Assembly (NCBI RefSeq): GCF_006345805.1
Contig: NW_021824851.1
Location: 1-64,000 of the forward strand
Source of the DNA: Octopus sinensis
Lineage: Eukaryota
Direction: 5' to 3'
DNA length: 64,000 bases
Shown here: in pieces, positions 1-12,217 of the stretch
How the letters are laid out: every line of letters begins with the position of its first letter
Numbering within the stretch: position 1 is the first letter of the stretch
Made by a program: the position numbers and the translations under genes
Notes under the pieces: generated by a model
The model's database searches: none
Seen by the model: the letters and a program-made list of their open reading frames with translations, nothing else
Told to the model about the DNA's origin: nothing

Positions 1-150
1 CACTTCACGTTGTGTGAGCAGAAGTTCTTAAACTTTTCTGTTCTTAGTGACCTTTCATTCACTGCTTGATTTCCTGTGGGTGGGGTGCATATTAGAAGCA
101 GGATGCAGTGTTTATATAGTTACATACATACATATATATATAATATTATA

Positions 151-940
151 TCTATATATATATATAAAGCTGAAGTTGTCAGTGTACGGCAGGTTTGGTA
201 GCCTTCAACTAACACTATCTCCTCCGAGACCCTGCAGTGCAAGTTGACCAAAATTGAGAGTATAATAGAAGAAGGCTTGCTCTTCCTTCTGTAGAAGAAA
301 AAATTCAAATCAGACCATGTTAACACCAAAAATTATTTACATCAAAAAGGTGCTTTTTTTTTCTATGAAAATCCCTATTTTTTTACAATTTTTTGACTGC
401 TGTGTCGCCATTTTTCGGTGTATTTCAACCAGAAAAATGTTCACTTAACCCTTTCGTTACCAACCCGGCTGAAACCGGCTCTGGCTCTGAGTACAAATGT
501 CTTGTTTTCATAAGTTTTGAATTAAAATCTTCCACCAAACCTTAGTCACAATTTATGTTCCTAACACTAGCTTAATGATAACTAAGTTATTTTACCTAAA
601 GTCTTTGTTATATTTAACCCTTTTGCGATACCACCCAACTGAAACAGCCTCTGGTTCTGTAGTACAAATGTCTTGTTTTCATAAGTTTTGAATTAAAATC
701 TTCCACCAAACCTTAGTCACAATTTATGTTCCTAACACTAGCTGAATGATAACTAAGTTATTTTACGAAATTCTTTGTTATATTTAAAGTAATTGAAAGA
801 AACACAGAGCATCCCAAAATAAATACAGTAACGAAAGGGTTAAAGAGAATAACAAGCTACATAATGCAAAATTTACTTTTCAAAAATTCCAATTCTAAAG
901 GGTTGAAACAAACCCGAGCAACGCCGGGCGATACCGCTAT
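151..940 (+). mobile_element. Non-autonomous Helitron, family H1 (interrupted by a MITE)
   Basis: 5' end is A|TCTATATATA...AAGCTGAAGTTG. 3' end has the hairpin CCCGAGCAACGCCGGG, then CTAT (CTAG in the copies at 8706 and 9094). Confidence 0.8.
449..839. mobile_element. piggyBac-like MITE with an internal partial duplication
   Basis: TIRs CCCTTTCGTTAC / GTAACGAAAGGG are flanked by TTAA at 445-448 and 840-843. The uninterrupted host copy near 9190 has a single TTAA. A second 5' end starts at 618. Confidence 0.85.
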
Positions 941-947
941 ATATATA

Positions 948-1008
948 GATAACCGAAGCGATGGTGTTGTGGATTTCCACCTCGGCATCCGAAACTCAGA
1001 GTTTTATC
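948..1008 (+). ncRNA. Degenerate type-I hammerhead-ribozyme-like motif
   Basis: GATAA-CCGAAGC-GATG...CATC-C-GAAA-CTCAGAG-TT-TTATC. Stems I, II and III pair, but the core differs from CUGANGA at 2 positions. Confidence 0.45.
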
Positions 1009-1150
1009 TTGGCTATTGAATAATTGTCACATATTATTTTACAGATAAATTTCCTCTATTTCCATAATATTGAGGTCTCTTTCTTTCTTTTGCTATATTA
1101 CCATTTTTACCTATCTATCTATCTATATATATATATGTATATATATTTAG

Positions 1151-1526
1151 GAGCACTCCGTCGGTTACGACGATGAGGGTCCCAGCTGATACGATCAACG
1201 GAACAGCTTGCTCATGGAATTAACGTGTAAGTGGCTGAGCACTCCACAGACATGTGCACCCTCAACGTAGTTCTCGAGGAGATTCAGCGTGACACAGAGA
1301 GTGACAAGGCTGGACCCTTTCAAATACAGGTACAACAGAAAGAGGAAGTAAGAGTGAGAGAAAGTTGTGGTGAAAGAGTACAGCAGGGATCACCACCATC
1401 CCCTGCCGGAGCCTCGTGGAGCTTTAGGTGTTTCCGCTCAATAAACACTCACAATGCCCGGTCTGGGAATCGAAACCGCGATCCTACAACTGTGAGTTCG
1501 CTGCCCTAACCACTGGGCCATTGCGC

Positions 1527-1528
<2 letters not shown>
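1151..1528 (-). mobile_element. tRNA-derived SINE, family C
   Basis: The minus strand begins GGCGCAATGGCCCAGTGGTTAGGGCAG...GTTTCGATTCCC (A and B boxes). The same head is at 28281, 42236 and 56080. Confidence 0.8.
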
Positions 1529-1577
<49 letters not shown>

Positions 1578-1582
1578 ACACA

Positions 1583-1615
<33 letters not shown>
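1529..1615. repeat. (CA)n microsatellite
   Basis: Direct reading of the sequence. Confidence 0.95.
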
Positions 1616-1618
<3 letters not shown>

Positions 1619-1859
1619 GTTTAGGCAGTGTAAGGAATGGACTTGACATTAGCTCCATTCTTTGAGTAGTTGTTTTGGTTAAAGAATATGTCAAATTAAT
1701 TCATTGGAACCTTCCTTATTTACTCCTGACTATTCTCTGTTCTAGCTTTTGCTGCTGTACTGCTAGTTATAGTCACTTCCTGTTTCTTTCTCACATTCAG
1801 TAACCTAGAGTTCCATCTAATATGCCTGTCTCTCTGACACATTTAGCAGGCCATAATTT

Positions 1860-2263
1860 GGATCTTTTCGGTTTGAACGGCAGTTTTTTCTAGCGGTGTC
1901 ATATGAAATTGTCACCCATAATTATGACCCTAGTATTGATCTATTGCATTTCAATGTGTTAGGGTTAGGGGGAAGGGTGTCTTTTTTTCTTCACAAATGT
2001 AAATAAACCCAATCTGTTTCTTAAACGAGGGACATATTCATACGGCACAGAATGTTTTTTACCTCAATGGACTTCATTGATTGGTTGAAATTGCAGAAAT
2101 TGAAGAAAAAAGAACAACAAATATCTTACAAACTATAGAATTTTTTCAATAAAGCCAAGAGAAAAAGATGTTTTATAAACACATTCTACCAGTATATGAA
2201 GTTTAAAATTTTTTAGTTACCTAGAAATTATGTTAAAAACTGCCATTCAAACCGAAAAGATCC
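1860..2263. mobile_element. MITE with GGATC termini and 8-bp TSD (Merlin-, hAT- or P-type TSD length)
   Basis: TIRs GGATCTTTTCGGTTTGAACGGCAGTTTTT / AAAAACTGCCATTCAAACCGAAAAGATCC. TSD CATAATTT at 1852-1859 and 2264-2271. A second copy is at 45816. Confidence 0.88.
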
Positions 2264-2571
2264 CATAATTTTCTTCTCTCTCATTAGTCTAAAGTTCTGT
2301 TGTCACCCACTCACACATTTAATAGTCTACAGTTGTATTAATAAAACTTAATGTAATCTGTGTTATATTGTCAGACTCAGCTGCCAAGCAGGTCCTCCAG
2401 GTAGACACAGTTTGTCTCTATAGGACTATTTAGTATTGTCAGATAGGGTTGCCTTTGTAGTCAAAGATTATATGTGCTCTTATTTCTGTAATTTATTAAG
2501 ACAAAAGCAAGGGTTGAACGATTATATCATTTTGCAACATGGTCTCTTTTCTTTTCAATATGATCGTGGCT

Positions 2572-2880
2572 GTTGCCGGTGGCACATAAAAAGTACCATC
2601 CGATCGTGGCCGTTTGCCAACCTTGCCTGGCCTCCGTGCCAGTGGCACATAAAAAGCACCCTCCGATCATGGCCGTTTGCCAGTCTCGTCTGGCACCTGT
2701 GCCGGTGGCACATAAAAAGCACCCACTACACTCTCGGAGTGGTTGGCGTTAGGAAGGGAATCCAGCTGTAGAAACATTGCCAGATCAGACTGGAGCCTGG
2801 TGCAGCCTCCCGACTTCCCAGACCCCAGTTGAACCGTCCAACCCATGCTAGCATGGAAAGTGAACGTTAAAACGATGATG
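2572..2880 (+). mobile_element. Retroposon family E ((GAT)n tail, GC-rich internal repeats)
   Basis: Contains GGTTGGCGTTAGGAAGGG-ATCCAGCTGTAGAAAC...CCATGCTAGCATGG...ACGATGATG. Many copies occur in the window. Confidence 0.8.
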
Positions 2881-3141
2881 TATGCAGCAGGCCACAAGTA
2901 TTCCATTGGAGAAGGTTTTCTCTCGGTCGGGCAGCCATTTATGCATGTCTTCTACTTGTCCATCTGTAGCAAATCAATGACCTTGTAAAGGATGTTTGAG
3001 TGGTCCCAAGTGATGAGAGTCAGAAGGGGAGAGATAGGGACTGTATGCGGAGTGTTCCAGCTACTGGGGATCCAACTAAATTCTGGTGCCCAACTTAAGT
3101 ATTATATTCATCTGAATCTAAATTTTATATATATATATAAA

Positions 3142-3526
3142 GGCGCAGGAGTGGCTGTGTGGTAAGTAGCTTGTTTACCAACCACATTGTTCCGGGTTCA
3201 GTCCCACAGCGTGGCACCTTGGGCAAGTGTCTTCTACTATAGCCTCGGGCCAACCAAAGCCTTGTGAGTGGATTTGGTAGACGGAAACTGAAAGAAGCCC
3301 ATCGTATATATATGTATATATATATGTGTGTGTCTGTGTTTGTCCTCCTAGCATTGCTTGACAACCGATGCTGGTGTGTTTATGTCCCCATCACTTAGCA
3401 GTTCGGCAAAAGAGACCAATAGAATAAGTGCTGGGCTTACAAAGAATAAGTCCCGGGGTCGAGTTGCTCGATTAAAGGTGGTGCTCCAGCATGGCTACAG
3501 TCAAATGACTGAAACAAGTAAGAGTA
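3142..3526 (+). mobile_element. tRNA-derived SINE, family A
   Basis: Head GGCGCAGGAGTGGCTGTGTGGTAAG...GGTTCAGTCCC, CORE-like ACCTTGGGCAAGTGTCTT, internal (TA/TG)n, and a GAAACAAGTAA(A)AGAG tail. Confidence 0.85.
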
Positions 3527-3764
3527 ATATATATATATAGACACACGCGCACGGCTTGCAGCACTTGGCAGTGAATCCCATTCCCTGCATGCTGGAGATT
3601 TAGACAAACCAAGTAGCAGCAGGTCATCTGTGAAATATTGTCTAACCAATGCCTGTTGTGATACCTATTCTACAAAGGCTGTATTTGCCAATCAAGTTCA
3701 TAAAAATTATGAAAACAAGGGATGACACTACACACCCTTACTAAAGTCCAATAAAATAATAAAT

Positions 3765-4200
3765 AAATGCGCCCTTTTAAAGCCTAGCCATGCTCATGGG
3801 CCCAGTTTCCTGGTTTCTATGGTGTATGTGTTCCCCAGCTGGACGGGATGCCAGTCCATCGCAGCGTTACTCATTTTTGCCAGCTGAGTGGACTGGAGCA
3901 ACGTGAAATGAAGTGTTTTGCTCAAGAACACAACGCGTCGCCCGATCCCGGAATCAAAAACACAATCTTACGATCATGATGCTGACACCCTAACTACTAA
4001 GCCATGCACCTCCACAAATAAATGCTGCCTTTTAAAGCCTGGCCAGGCTCATGGGCCCGGTTTCCCGGTTTCAATGGCATATGTGTTCCCCAGCTGGACG
4101 GGACGCCTGTCCATCGCAGCATTACTCCTTTTTGCCGGCTGAGTGGACTGGAGCAACGTGAAATGAAGTGTTTTGCTTAAGAACACAACAAGTCACCCGA
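3765..4200 (-). mobile_element. CORE-type SINE, family D (one full copy and one truncated copy in tandem)
   Basis: The minus strand has a tRNA-like head, then GTGTTCTTGAGCAAAACACTTCATTTCACGTTGCTCCAGTCCACTCAGCTG, then a GCTTTAAAAGGGCGCATTTATTT tail. Confidence 0.75.
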
Positions 4201-4722
4201 TTGTAGAGTTCATTCTACAATCCTAAAATCCTGGGTTCTCTCCTGCTGTGGAGCGCCTTGAATGTATTTTACTATGCACCTGGGTCAACCCAAGCTCTGA
4301 GGGTGAAATTGTTTCTGCCAACCAGATTCCATTTACAAGAAATCACTCAATGCAAGAACACAGGGAAGAGACTGTACAGGGATTGAACCAGGACATAGGT
4401 GATTGCAAAATAAATGTCTTAACTACACAGTCCTCTGTGTGTGTGTTTGCTAAGAAAATATGTTACTAAAAAGCACATACGCTTCCCAATTACTGTTAAT
4501 AATGATTAATATTCCTAATTATTAAAGCATTTTATCAAAACAAGAATCATAATTATGGTGCGAGATGTAAATAGAAGATAACTTGAAGGAATCTGACTGG
4601 TTTCTTCATGGAATGGTATGTAGTGATAACATCGATATGAGACATTCTGCAGAGCAAAAAGGGGCCGAAAGGAAGTAAATGCCTGCTGTATTATATATAC
4701 ATACATCATATATGTACATACA

Positions 4723-4886
4723 TCATCATCATCATCGTTTAACGTCTGCTTTCCATGCTAGCATGGGTTGGACGATTTTGACTGAGGTCTGGCGAACCAG
4801 ATGGCTGCACCAGACTCCAATCTTGATCTGGCAGAGTTTCTACAGCTGGATGCCCTTCCTAACGCCAACCACTCCGAGAGTGTAGT
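4723..4886 (-). mobile_element. Family E 3' fragment
   Basis: CATCATCATCGTTTAACG...GATGCCCTTCCTAACGCCAACC on the + strand. Confidence 0.8.
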
Positions 4887-4940
4887 AAATATATATATAA
4901 TATATGATGATTATATATATAGATAATCATCATATATATA

Positions 4941-4980
<40 letters not shown>

Positions 4981-4981
<1 letters not shown>

Positions 4982-5212
4982 GCAGCGAGCTGGCAGAAAC
5001 GTTAGCACACCGGGCGAAATGCGTAGCCGTATTTCGTCTGCCGTTACGTTCTGGGTTCAAATTCCGCCGAGGTCGACTTTGCCTTTCATCCTTTCGGGGG
5101 TCGATAAATTAAGTACCAGTTACGCACTGGGGTTGATGTAATCGACTTAATCCGTTTGTCTGTCCTTGTTTGTCCCCTCTGTGTTTAGCCCCTTGTGGGT
5201 AGTAAAGAAATA
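4981..5212 (+). mobile_element. tRNA-derived SINE, family B (Meta-domain-like centre), monomer
   Basis: GGCAGCGAGCTGGCAG...GGTTCAAATTCC, then GACTTTGCCTTTCATCCTTTCGGGGTCGATAAATTAAGTACCAG, which resembles the Sauria/MetaSINE central domain (from recall). Confidence 0.85.
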
Positions 5213-5221
5213 TATATATAA

Positions 5222-5500
5222 TCATCATCATCATTTAACATCCACTTTCCATGCTAGCATGGGTTGGAAGATTTGACTGGGGTCTGGCGAAGCAGATGGC
5301 TGCACCAGGCTCGAATCTTGATCCGGCAGAGTTTCTACAGCTGGATGCCCTTCCTAATGCCAACCACTCCAAGAGTGTAGCGGGTGCTTTTACATGCCAC
5401 GGGCACGAGGGCCAGTCAGGCGGTACTGGCAACGGCCACACTCAAATGGTGCTTTTTATGTGCCACCTGCACAGTAGCCAGTCCACCGGCACTGGCAACA
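5222..5500 (-). mobile_element. Family E copy
   Basis: Same diagnostic motifs as the copy at 2572. Confidence 0.8.
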
Positions 5501-5507
5501 ACATATA

Positions 5508-5603
<96 letters not shown>

Positions 5604-6252
5604 GTATTTGAGGTTCACAGTGACATCTTGTGAGGATTATTGAATCAAAAGTATCTGAATGAGCTTTGAAACAGACATGATATTATAGTCAACCCAAGTG
5701 TGTGTTTGTGTGTGTGAGAGACTTATTAAACTTTGACAAATTCTCTCTATCCACAAGAGGTCACTTATGTATCTTCACCTCTAAGTATGCACCATGTATT
5801 GAGTTCTCTGTCTCCTGTTTGTATTATCAAACATGCACACATACACACACACATATATGGCATGGTTGTGAGGTTAAGGAATTTGCTCTTCAACAATCTG
5901 GTCTGGAGTACAAGCCCACTGCACAACACCTTGGGGGAAGCGTCTACTACTATAGGCCCAGACTGATCAAAACTTTGAGTGGATTTTGCAGACAGAAACT
6001 GAAAGAAACCCATTTGTGTGTGTGTGTGAACATCACATGATAGTAGTAAACAAGCATCACCATGATACAAGCAAGCATTGTTGTTTGTTTCCTGAAACAT
6101 GTCTGGACTTGGGGAAAATATTGCCTTACTTGGAAATAGAAGGATTGGCAACAGGAAGAGCATCCAGCTGCAGGAAATATGCTTCAACAAATTTTGTCTG
6201 ACCCATGCAGGCATGGAAACGTGCATATTAAATGATGATATTGATATATATA

Positions 6253-6380
6253 TCTTTATATATAAAATTGAAGTTGTGTGTGTGTGAGACTCTGTCTCCT
6301 CCAATTTAGATTCCTAACTACTCCCACATTCTGCGGTGCAGTTTAACCAAAACCGGGTATCTTATAGTCGTCATTCAAGA
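6253..6380 (+). mobile_element. Helitron-like 5' end fragment
   Basis: A|TCTTTATATATAAAATTGAAGTTGTGTGTG resembles the H1 5' end. No 3' end was seen. Confidence 0.5.
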
Positions 6381-7023
6381 GACAAGTAAATCCCTCATTA
6401 ACTTTCGTCTCTTCCTGCACTTGGTGCCAGCTGCATTTGCTGCATCATCAGCAAACAATGTTGCTGATGCTGTTGGCTGCACATACTTCTGAATGTGATT
6501 CACAAGTTTGATTCAAGAACTCACGTGATTCTAGTTTTGATCCCATTTGCACCTCCGCTCCTACATTCTCCTCTACCCCCATTTCTAACCATCTGGTACC
6601 CTCCCTTCACACTCTTATAACCACTTCCCCCCCACTTCTCATCGACTTTTGCCTTGAAGGTTTCACCCTGGCACCCCATCACAACCTTTTCATTTTTTTA
6701 TTCTAGATACTCCTACCCACTCTTATATATTCCAAGGTAGTCATGTCATAAGAAGCACCAGTGCTGGTGCCACATATAGGGCACTGATGCTGGTGCCATA
6801 TAAAAAGCACCTTGTGCGCTCTGTAGCATTAAGAAGGGCATCCAGCTGTAGAAACAAAACCAAAACAGACAACTGACAGTGGTACAACTCCCAGCCTTAC
6901 CAGATCCTGTCAAGTTGTCCAACCCATGCCTGCATAGAAAACGGATGTTCACTGATGATGATGATGTCCCTGTATTACATACGGGTTAACCCTACAGTAT
7001 GAATCTCTCCAGAATAGTCTGAA

Positions 7024-8057
7024 GGCGGTGCGCTGGCAGAAATGTTAGCACACCGGGTGAAATGCTTAGCGGTATTTCGTCTGCCGTTGTTCTGAGTTCA
7101 AATTCCACCGAGGTCAACTTTGCTTTTCATCCTTTTGGGGTTGATAAATTAAGTACCAGTTACGCACTGGGGTCGATATAATCCACTTAATCCGTTTGTC
7201 TGTCCTTGTTTGTCCCCTCTGTATTTAGCCCCCTGTGGGTAATAAAGAAATAGGTATTTCGTCTGCAGTTACGTCCTGAGTTCAAATTCCACCAAGGTCG
7301 ACTTTGCCTTTCATCCTTTCGGGGCTGATAAATTAAGTACCAGTTACGCACTGGGGTCGATATAATCGACTTAATCCATTTGTCTGTCCTTGTTTAGCCC
7401 CTTGTGGATAGTAAAGAAATAGGTATTTCGTCTGCCGTTACATTCTGAGTTCAAATTCCGCGGAGGTCGACTTTGCCTTTCATCCTTTCGGGGTCGATAA
7501 ATCAAGTACCAGTCACACACTGGGGTCGATGTAATCGACTTAATCCGTTTGTTTGTCCTTGTTTGTCCCCTCTATGGTTAGCCCCTTGTGGGCAATGAAG
7601 AAATAAGAAACGTTAGCACACCGGGTGAAATACTTAGTGGTATTTCATCTGCCGCCACGTTCTGAGTTCAAATTCCACCGAAGTCGACTTTGCCTTTCAT
7701 CCTTTTGGGGTCTATAAATTAAGTACCAGTTATGCACTGGGGGGTCGATGTAATCAACTTAATCCGTTTGTCCCCTCTGTGTTTAGCCCCTTGTGAGCAG
7801 TAAAGAAATAGGTATTTTGTCTGCCGTTGTGTTCTGAGTTCAAACTCCGTTGAGGTCAACTTTGCCTTTCATCCTTTCAGGATCGATAAATTAAGTACCA
7901 GTTATGCACTGGGGTCGATGTAATCGACTTAATCCGTTTGTAAGTACCAGTTACACACTGGGGGGGGGGGGGCGTGTCAATGTAATCGACTTAATCCGTT
8001 TGTCTATCCTTGTTTGTCCCCTCTATGTTTAACCCTTTGTGGACAATAAAGAAACAA
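7024..8057 (+). mobile_element. Family B SINE multimer (about 6 body modules)
   Basis: Repeated ~180-bp modules joined at AAAGAAATA|GGTATTT. Confidence 0.85.
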
Positions 8058-8705
8058 GAATAGTCTGTTTTTCTCTTTCTTTAACATCGCCCGAGTCTCT
8101 CTCGGTCATTGTTCTTATGGGCTGAGAAACGGTGAATCCCATCTGCCTAACGATTTACAAGATTTCTAATTGCAAAGAATTGTCAACAATGGATTCATTG
8201 TTTTAGTTGTTTGTTGAGGCAGAAAATTTTTGTCTCTTTTTTTTTTTTTTTTTATTTTTTCTTTTTTTTTGCTTCTATTTTTAGATTCATTATGGCATCT
8301 ACATTATTGTTTGCTTGTCTGACGTCATATGATTGTTCCAGAAAAAATAGATTGTGTGATGATTGTCTTCTTAACAACACACGCTGGACAGGTCTCATCA
8401 ACATATAATCATTATCGCCATAATCATCCTCATCATTATCGCCATAATCATTGTGGTAATTATATGGAAATATGTTCAAATCTTGCTCCAACAACTATGT
8501 GATATTCAACTGGGTAGAAACGAGACATTATTTTATTTGGCACCATATTCCATTTCGTCTGAATGCCGAACACACATGGCACTCCTAACTCAATGGTTGA
8601 GTGCTTTAACTAGGGGCCCAGACAACGAACTGCATAAACGTTCATGGATCTGATGATAAACATTAGTCATCCCACCCTTCTGGTGGGAGGAAAATTTATT
8701 TAATA

Positions 8706-9459
8706 CTAGCAGTATCGCCCGGCGTTGCTCGGGTTTGTTTCAACCCTTTAGAATTGGAATTTTTGAAAAGTAAAAATTTTGCATTATGTAGCTTGTTATT
8801 CTCTTTAGGTGAACATTTTTCTGGTTGAAATACACCAAAAAATGACAACACAGCAGTCAAAAAATTGTAAAAAGTAGGGATTTTCATAGAAAAAAAAACA
8901 CCTTTTTGATGTAAATAATTTTTGGTGTTAACATGGTCCGATTTTATTTTTTCTTCTACAGAAGGAAGAGCAAGCCTTCTTCTATCATACTCTCAATTTT
9001 GGTCAACTTGCGCCGCAGGGTCTCAGAGGAGATAGTGTTAGTTGAAGGCTACCTAACCTGCCATACACAGACAATTTCAGCTTTATATATATACTAGCAG
9101 TATTGCCCGGCGTTGCTCGGGTTTGTTTCAACCGTTTAGAATAGGAATTTTTGAAAAGTTAAAATTTTGCATTATGTAGCTTGTTATTCTCTTTAAGTGA
9201 ACATTTTTCTGGTTGAAATACACCAAAAAATGGCGATGCAGTAGGGATTTTCATAGGAAAAAAAACACCTTTTTGATGTAAATAATTTTTTGTGTTAACA
9301 TGGTCCGATTTGAATTTTTTCTTCTACAGAAGGAAGAGCAAGCCTTCTTCTATCATACTCTCAATTTTGGTCAACTTGCGCTGCAGGGTCTTAGAGGAGA
9401 TTGTGTTAGTTGAAGGCTACCAAACCTGCCATACACAGACAACTTCAGCTTTATATAGA
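8706..9459 (-). mobile_element. Head-to-tail dimer of Helitron H1 (8706-9093 and 9094-9459)
   Basis: Each unit has A-CTAG-CAGTAT-GCCCGGCGTTGCTCGGG on + (3' CTAG plus hairpin) and CAGCTTTATATA at the other end. Confidence 0.85.
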
Positions 9460-9819
9460 GAGAGATTAAAATACCAATTAGAAATAAACATGTAATGAGA
9501 GAGATAGACAGACAGACAGACAGATAGTGTTGATTTAATGATAATATTTAACACTAACTGCATTTAGACATTGACTTGAAATAAATATCAACATTTATGG
9601 CTGCTTTCCAAGCTGTGTTGAAAAGTTGTTAGTTACTGCTCTCCAAGATTTATCAGAAGTTGGTAGGACATGTCTAGTTCCAGTCTTCCATTTCAGGTAT
9701 ATTTTGTATGAACCGGACACCTGTCCAGAGAGACTATGGAGTACATTTTATCATGATGCAAACACCTGAGAAGTTGACTTGGCCACATCAAAAGTTAAAA
9801 CAGACAAAAAAAAACCATG

Positions 9820-10127
9820 TCCGTGTCGGTGGCACGTAAAAAGCACCATCCGAATGTGGCTGATGCCAGCGCCACCTTGACTGGCTTCCGTGCTGGTGGC
9901 ACATAAAAAGCACCAATCCGATTGTGGCCGTTGCCAGCCTCGCCTGGCACGTAAAGAGCACCCACTACACTCACGGAGTGGTTGGCGTTAGGAAGGGCAT
10001 CCAGCTGTAGAAACACTGCCAGATCAGACTGGAGCCTGGTGCTGCCTCCTGGCTTCCCAGATCCCCCAGTCGAACCGTCCAACCCATGCTAGCATGGAAA
10101 ACGGCTGTTAAATGATGATGATGATGA
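9820..10127 (+). mobile_element. Family E copy
   Basis: Diagnostic motifs and a (GAT)n tail. Confidence 0.8.
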
Positions 10128-10517
10128 TTTACAAAATGTACACTAATAATGGTGATAATAACTGTGTGTGTGTGTGAGAGAGAGAGAGAGAAAACACAGT
10201 GTTCCAATACCAGGGATGTTACAGAAACAGCTGTCGGAAACTATTTGAACCTTTTGTTATAAAGCTAAATTAAATGTCCTTGTCAAGTCTTGCCAGACTG
10301 TTTGCCTTTTCTTGTCTGCTTTAATCTATACCTTGCAGCTCAAGGGGAAGCTACTTCCAGCCACTTTAGAAAGGCAGTCGAAAAAGAATCACTTCAACTG
10401 CACTCCAAACCGGAATTTTAATGGCATACCAATTTGAGCAGTCAGAGTACATACCTATTGAGTCACCCTCATGAAAACTCTTCATATCTTATCTACAGAG
10501 AGAGTGAGAGAGAAACT

Positions 10518-10564
<47 letters not shown>

Positions 10565-11159
10565 CATCATCATCATATTGGATTGACAATAACCAAAACA
10601 GTGTGGTATGATGAGATGAATAAATGCAAAATTAACTTTGGTGAAATTTTAAGAGAAAAAATAACAACAACAAAAAAACTTCAAACTAAACACTGAGAAG
10701 TGATGGTTGTGTTCTCTCAAATTCTTTCGCTGAGAACAATCCCAGAGAACTATAAACTCTCACCCCCACCCCAAGTTATGTTAGCATCTTCTTGTATTAT
10801 CAATGATATCCTAACTAAACTACCCTTCCCACCTTTACTGTCGATGAAATAACAAACGAGAGGAAAATTTAAAACAAATTTTCTATTTTTAAAACAAAAT
10901 CTAACTTGAATAAGAATCTGGCTTGTTACACATCTGTCTCTGGTTATCTCAGAACCGTTATCTTTTAATTCCAGTTGATAACAGAATTAATTCGACGGCC
11001 AAAAGTCTCGCATTCTACATTCCCTCCTCTTACAATGTTCCCAGATTTTTTTCTGTCTTAATCCTGCTGCTTCCTGTCAATCACCTATCAGGGGCCCCTT
11101 ATAGCCTTGTAAACTAGACTAAAGAGTGATTGATAAAGTCCATTGTAGCCATCACTCTT

Positions 11160-11935
11160 AGCTCAAAATCTCTCGTGGAGGCGTCATTCAAGAAAAGTAC
11201 AAATATATGGGAAACTACCACCTGTATCATCTCAGAGCCATAGGTTGCAGGGTTGTTGAGATTTCAAACTTGAAATCTTCAAAGCCACAGTCGAACCAAT
11301 TCTACTATATGGCTCAGAAACCTGGACGTTATCAAAGAAGTTTGAGAGGCAGTTGGATGGAACCTACACTCGCCTCCTTATGAGAGCTCAAAATCTCTCG
11401 TGGAAGCGTCATCCAACCAAAATGCAAATATATGGGAAACTACCACCTGTATCATCTCAGAGCCATAGGTTGCAGGGTTGTTGAGATTTCAAACTTGAAA
11501 TCTTCAAAGCCACAGTCGAACCAATTCTACTATATGGCTCAGAAACCTGGACGTTATCAAAGAAGCTTGAGAGGCGGTTGGATGGAACTTACACTCGCCT
11601 CCTTATGAGAGCTCAAAATCTCTCGTGGAAGCGTCATCCAACCAAAGCACAAATATATGGGAAATTACCACCTGTGTCATCTCTTGTGAAAGGTAGAAGA
11701 GTCCAGTTTGCTGGACATTGTTGTAGAGCTGAAAAAGAAGTAATTTCTGCTCTTCTCCTCTGGAAGCCATCTACTCGCGATACCAGAGGGCGCACACTCT
11801 CCTACCCTGATGTAATCTCCAGGGATACAGGCATCTAGCAACAGGACCTCCATAATGCTATGATGGACCGTGACGTCTGGCGTAACATAGTAAATTCCAT
11901 TGTCTCGACCACGGTCGAACAATGATGAATGATGA
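11160..11935 (+). mobile_element. RTE-clade LINE 3' end with 225-bp tandem repeats
   Basis: Translates to FKATVEPILLYGSETWTLSKKLERRLDGTYTRLLMRAQNLSW...RRVQFAGHC...DRDVWRNIV. It ends in a TCGACC-AC-GGTCGA hairpin and an (ATG)n tail. Confidence 0.85.
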
Positions 11936-12067
11936 TTTATCTCCCAATCACTCATTTATATAATTCACATTTACCATCATAGTGCTGTAGCCCTTCCGCT
12001 TGACCCCCAACCACTCACTGGTTTACAGTGCAGTGCTGGATTGAATTCCTGCCATGACAAGTGGGGC

Positions 12068-12217
12068 AATTAAAATCTTCCACCAAACCTTAGTCACAAT
12101 TTATGTTCCTAACACTTATTTAATGATAACTAAGTTATTTTACTAAATTCTTTGTTATATTTAAAATTAACTGAAAGAAACACAGAGCATCTCAACAGAA
12201 ATACGGTAACAAAAGGG
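12068..12217. mobile_element. Partial copy of the piggyBac-like MITE
   Basis: Matches 520-839 and ends GTAACAAAAGGG|TTAA. Confidence 0.75.

Noticed and set aside
1957-1975. TTAGGGTTAGGG as an interstitial telomere
   Set aside because: Only two units, and it is an internal part of the MITE (also at about 46120).
3142-3215. tRNA genes at SINE heads
   Set aside because: They have A/B boxes but no complete cloverleaf, and they run into SINE bodies in many diverged copies.
8286-10440. Possible plus-strand exons after acceptors at about 8286, 9694 and 10335
   Set aside because: The acceptors are plausible, but the donors are weak or absent and the peptides are unrecognised, so there is not enough support.
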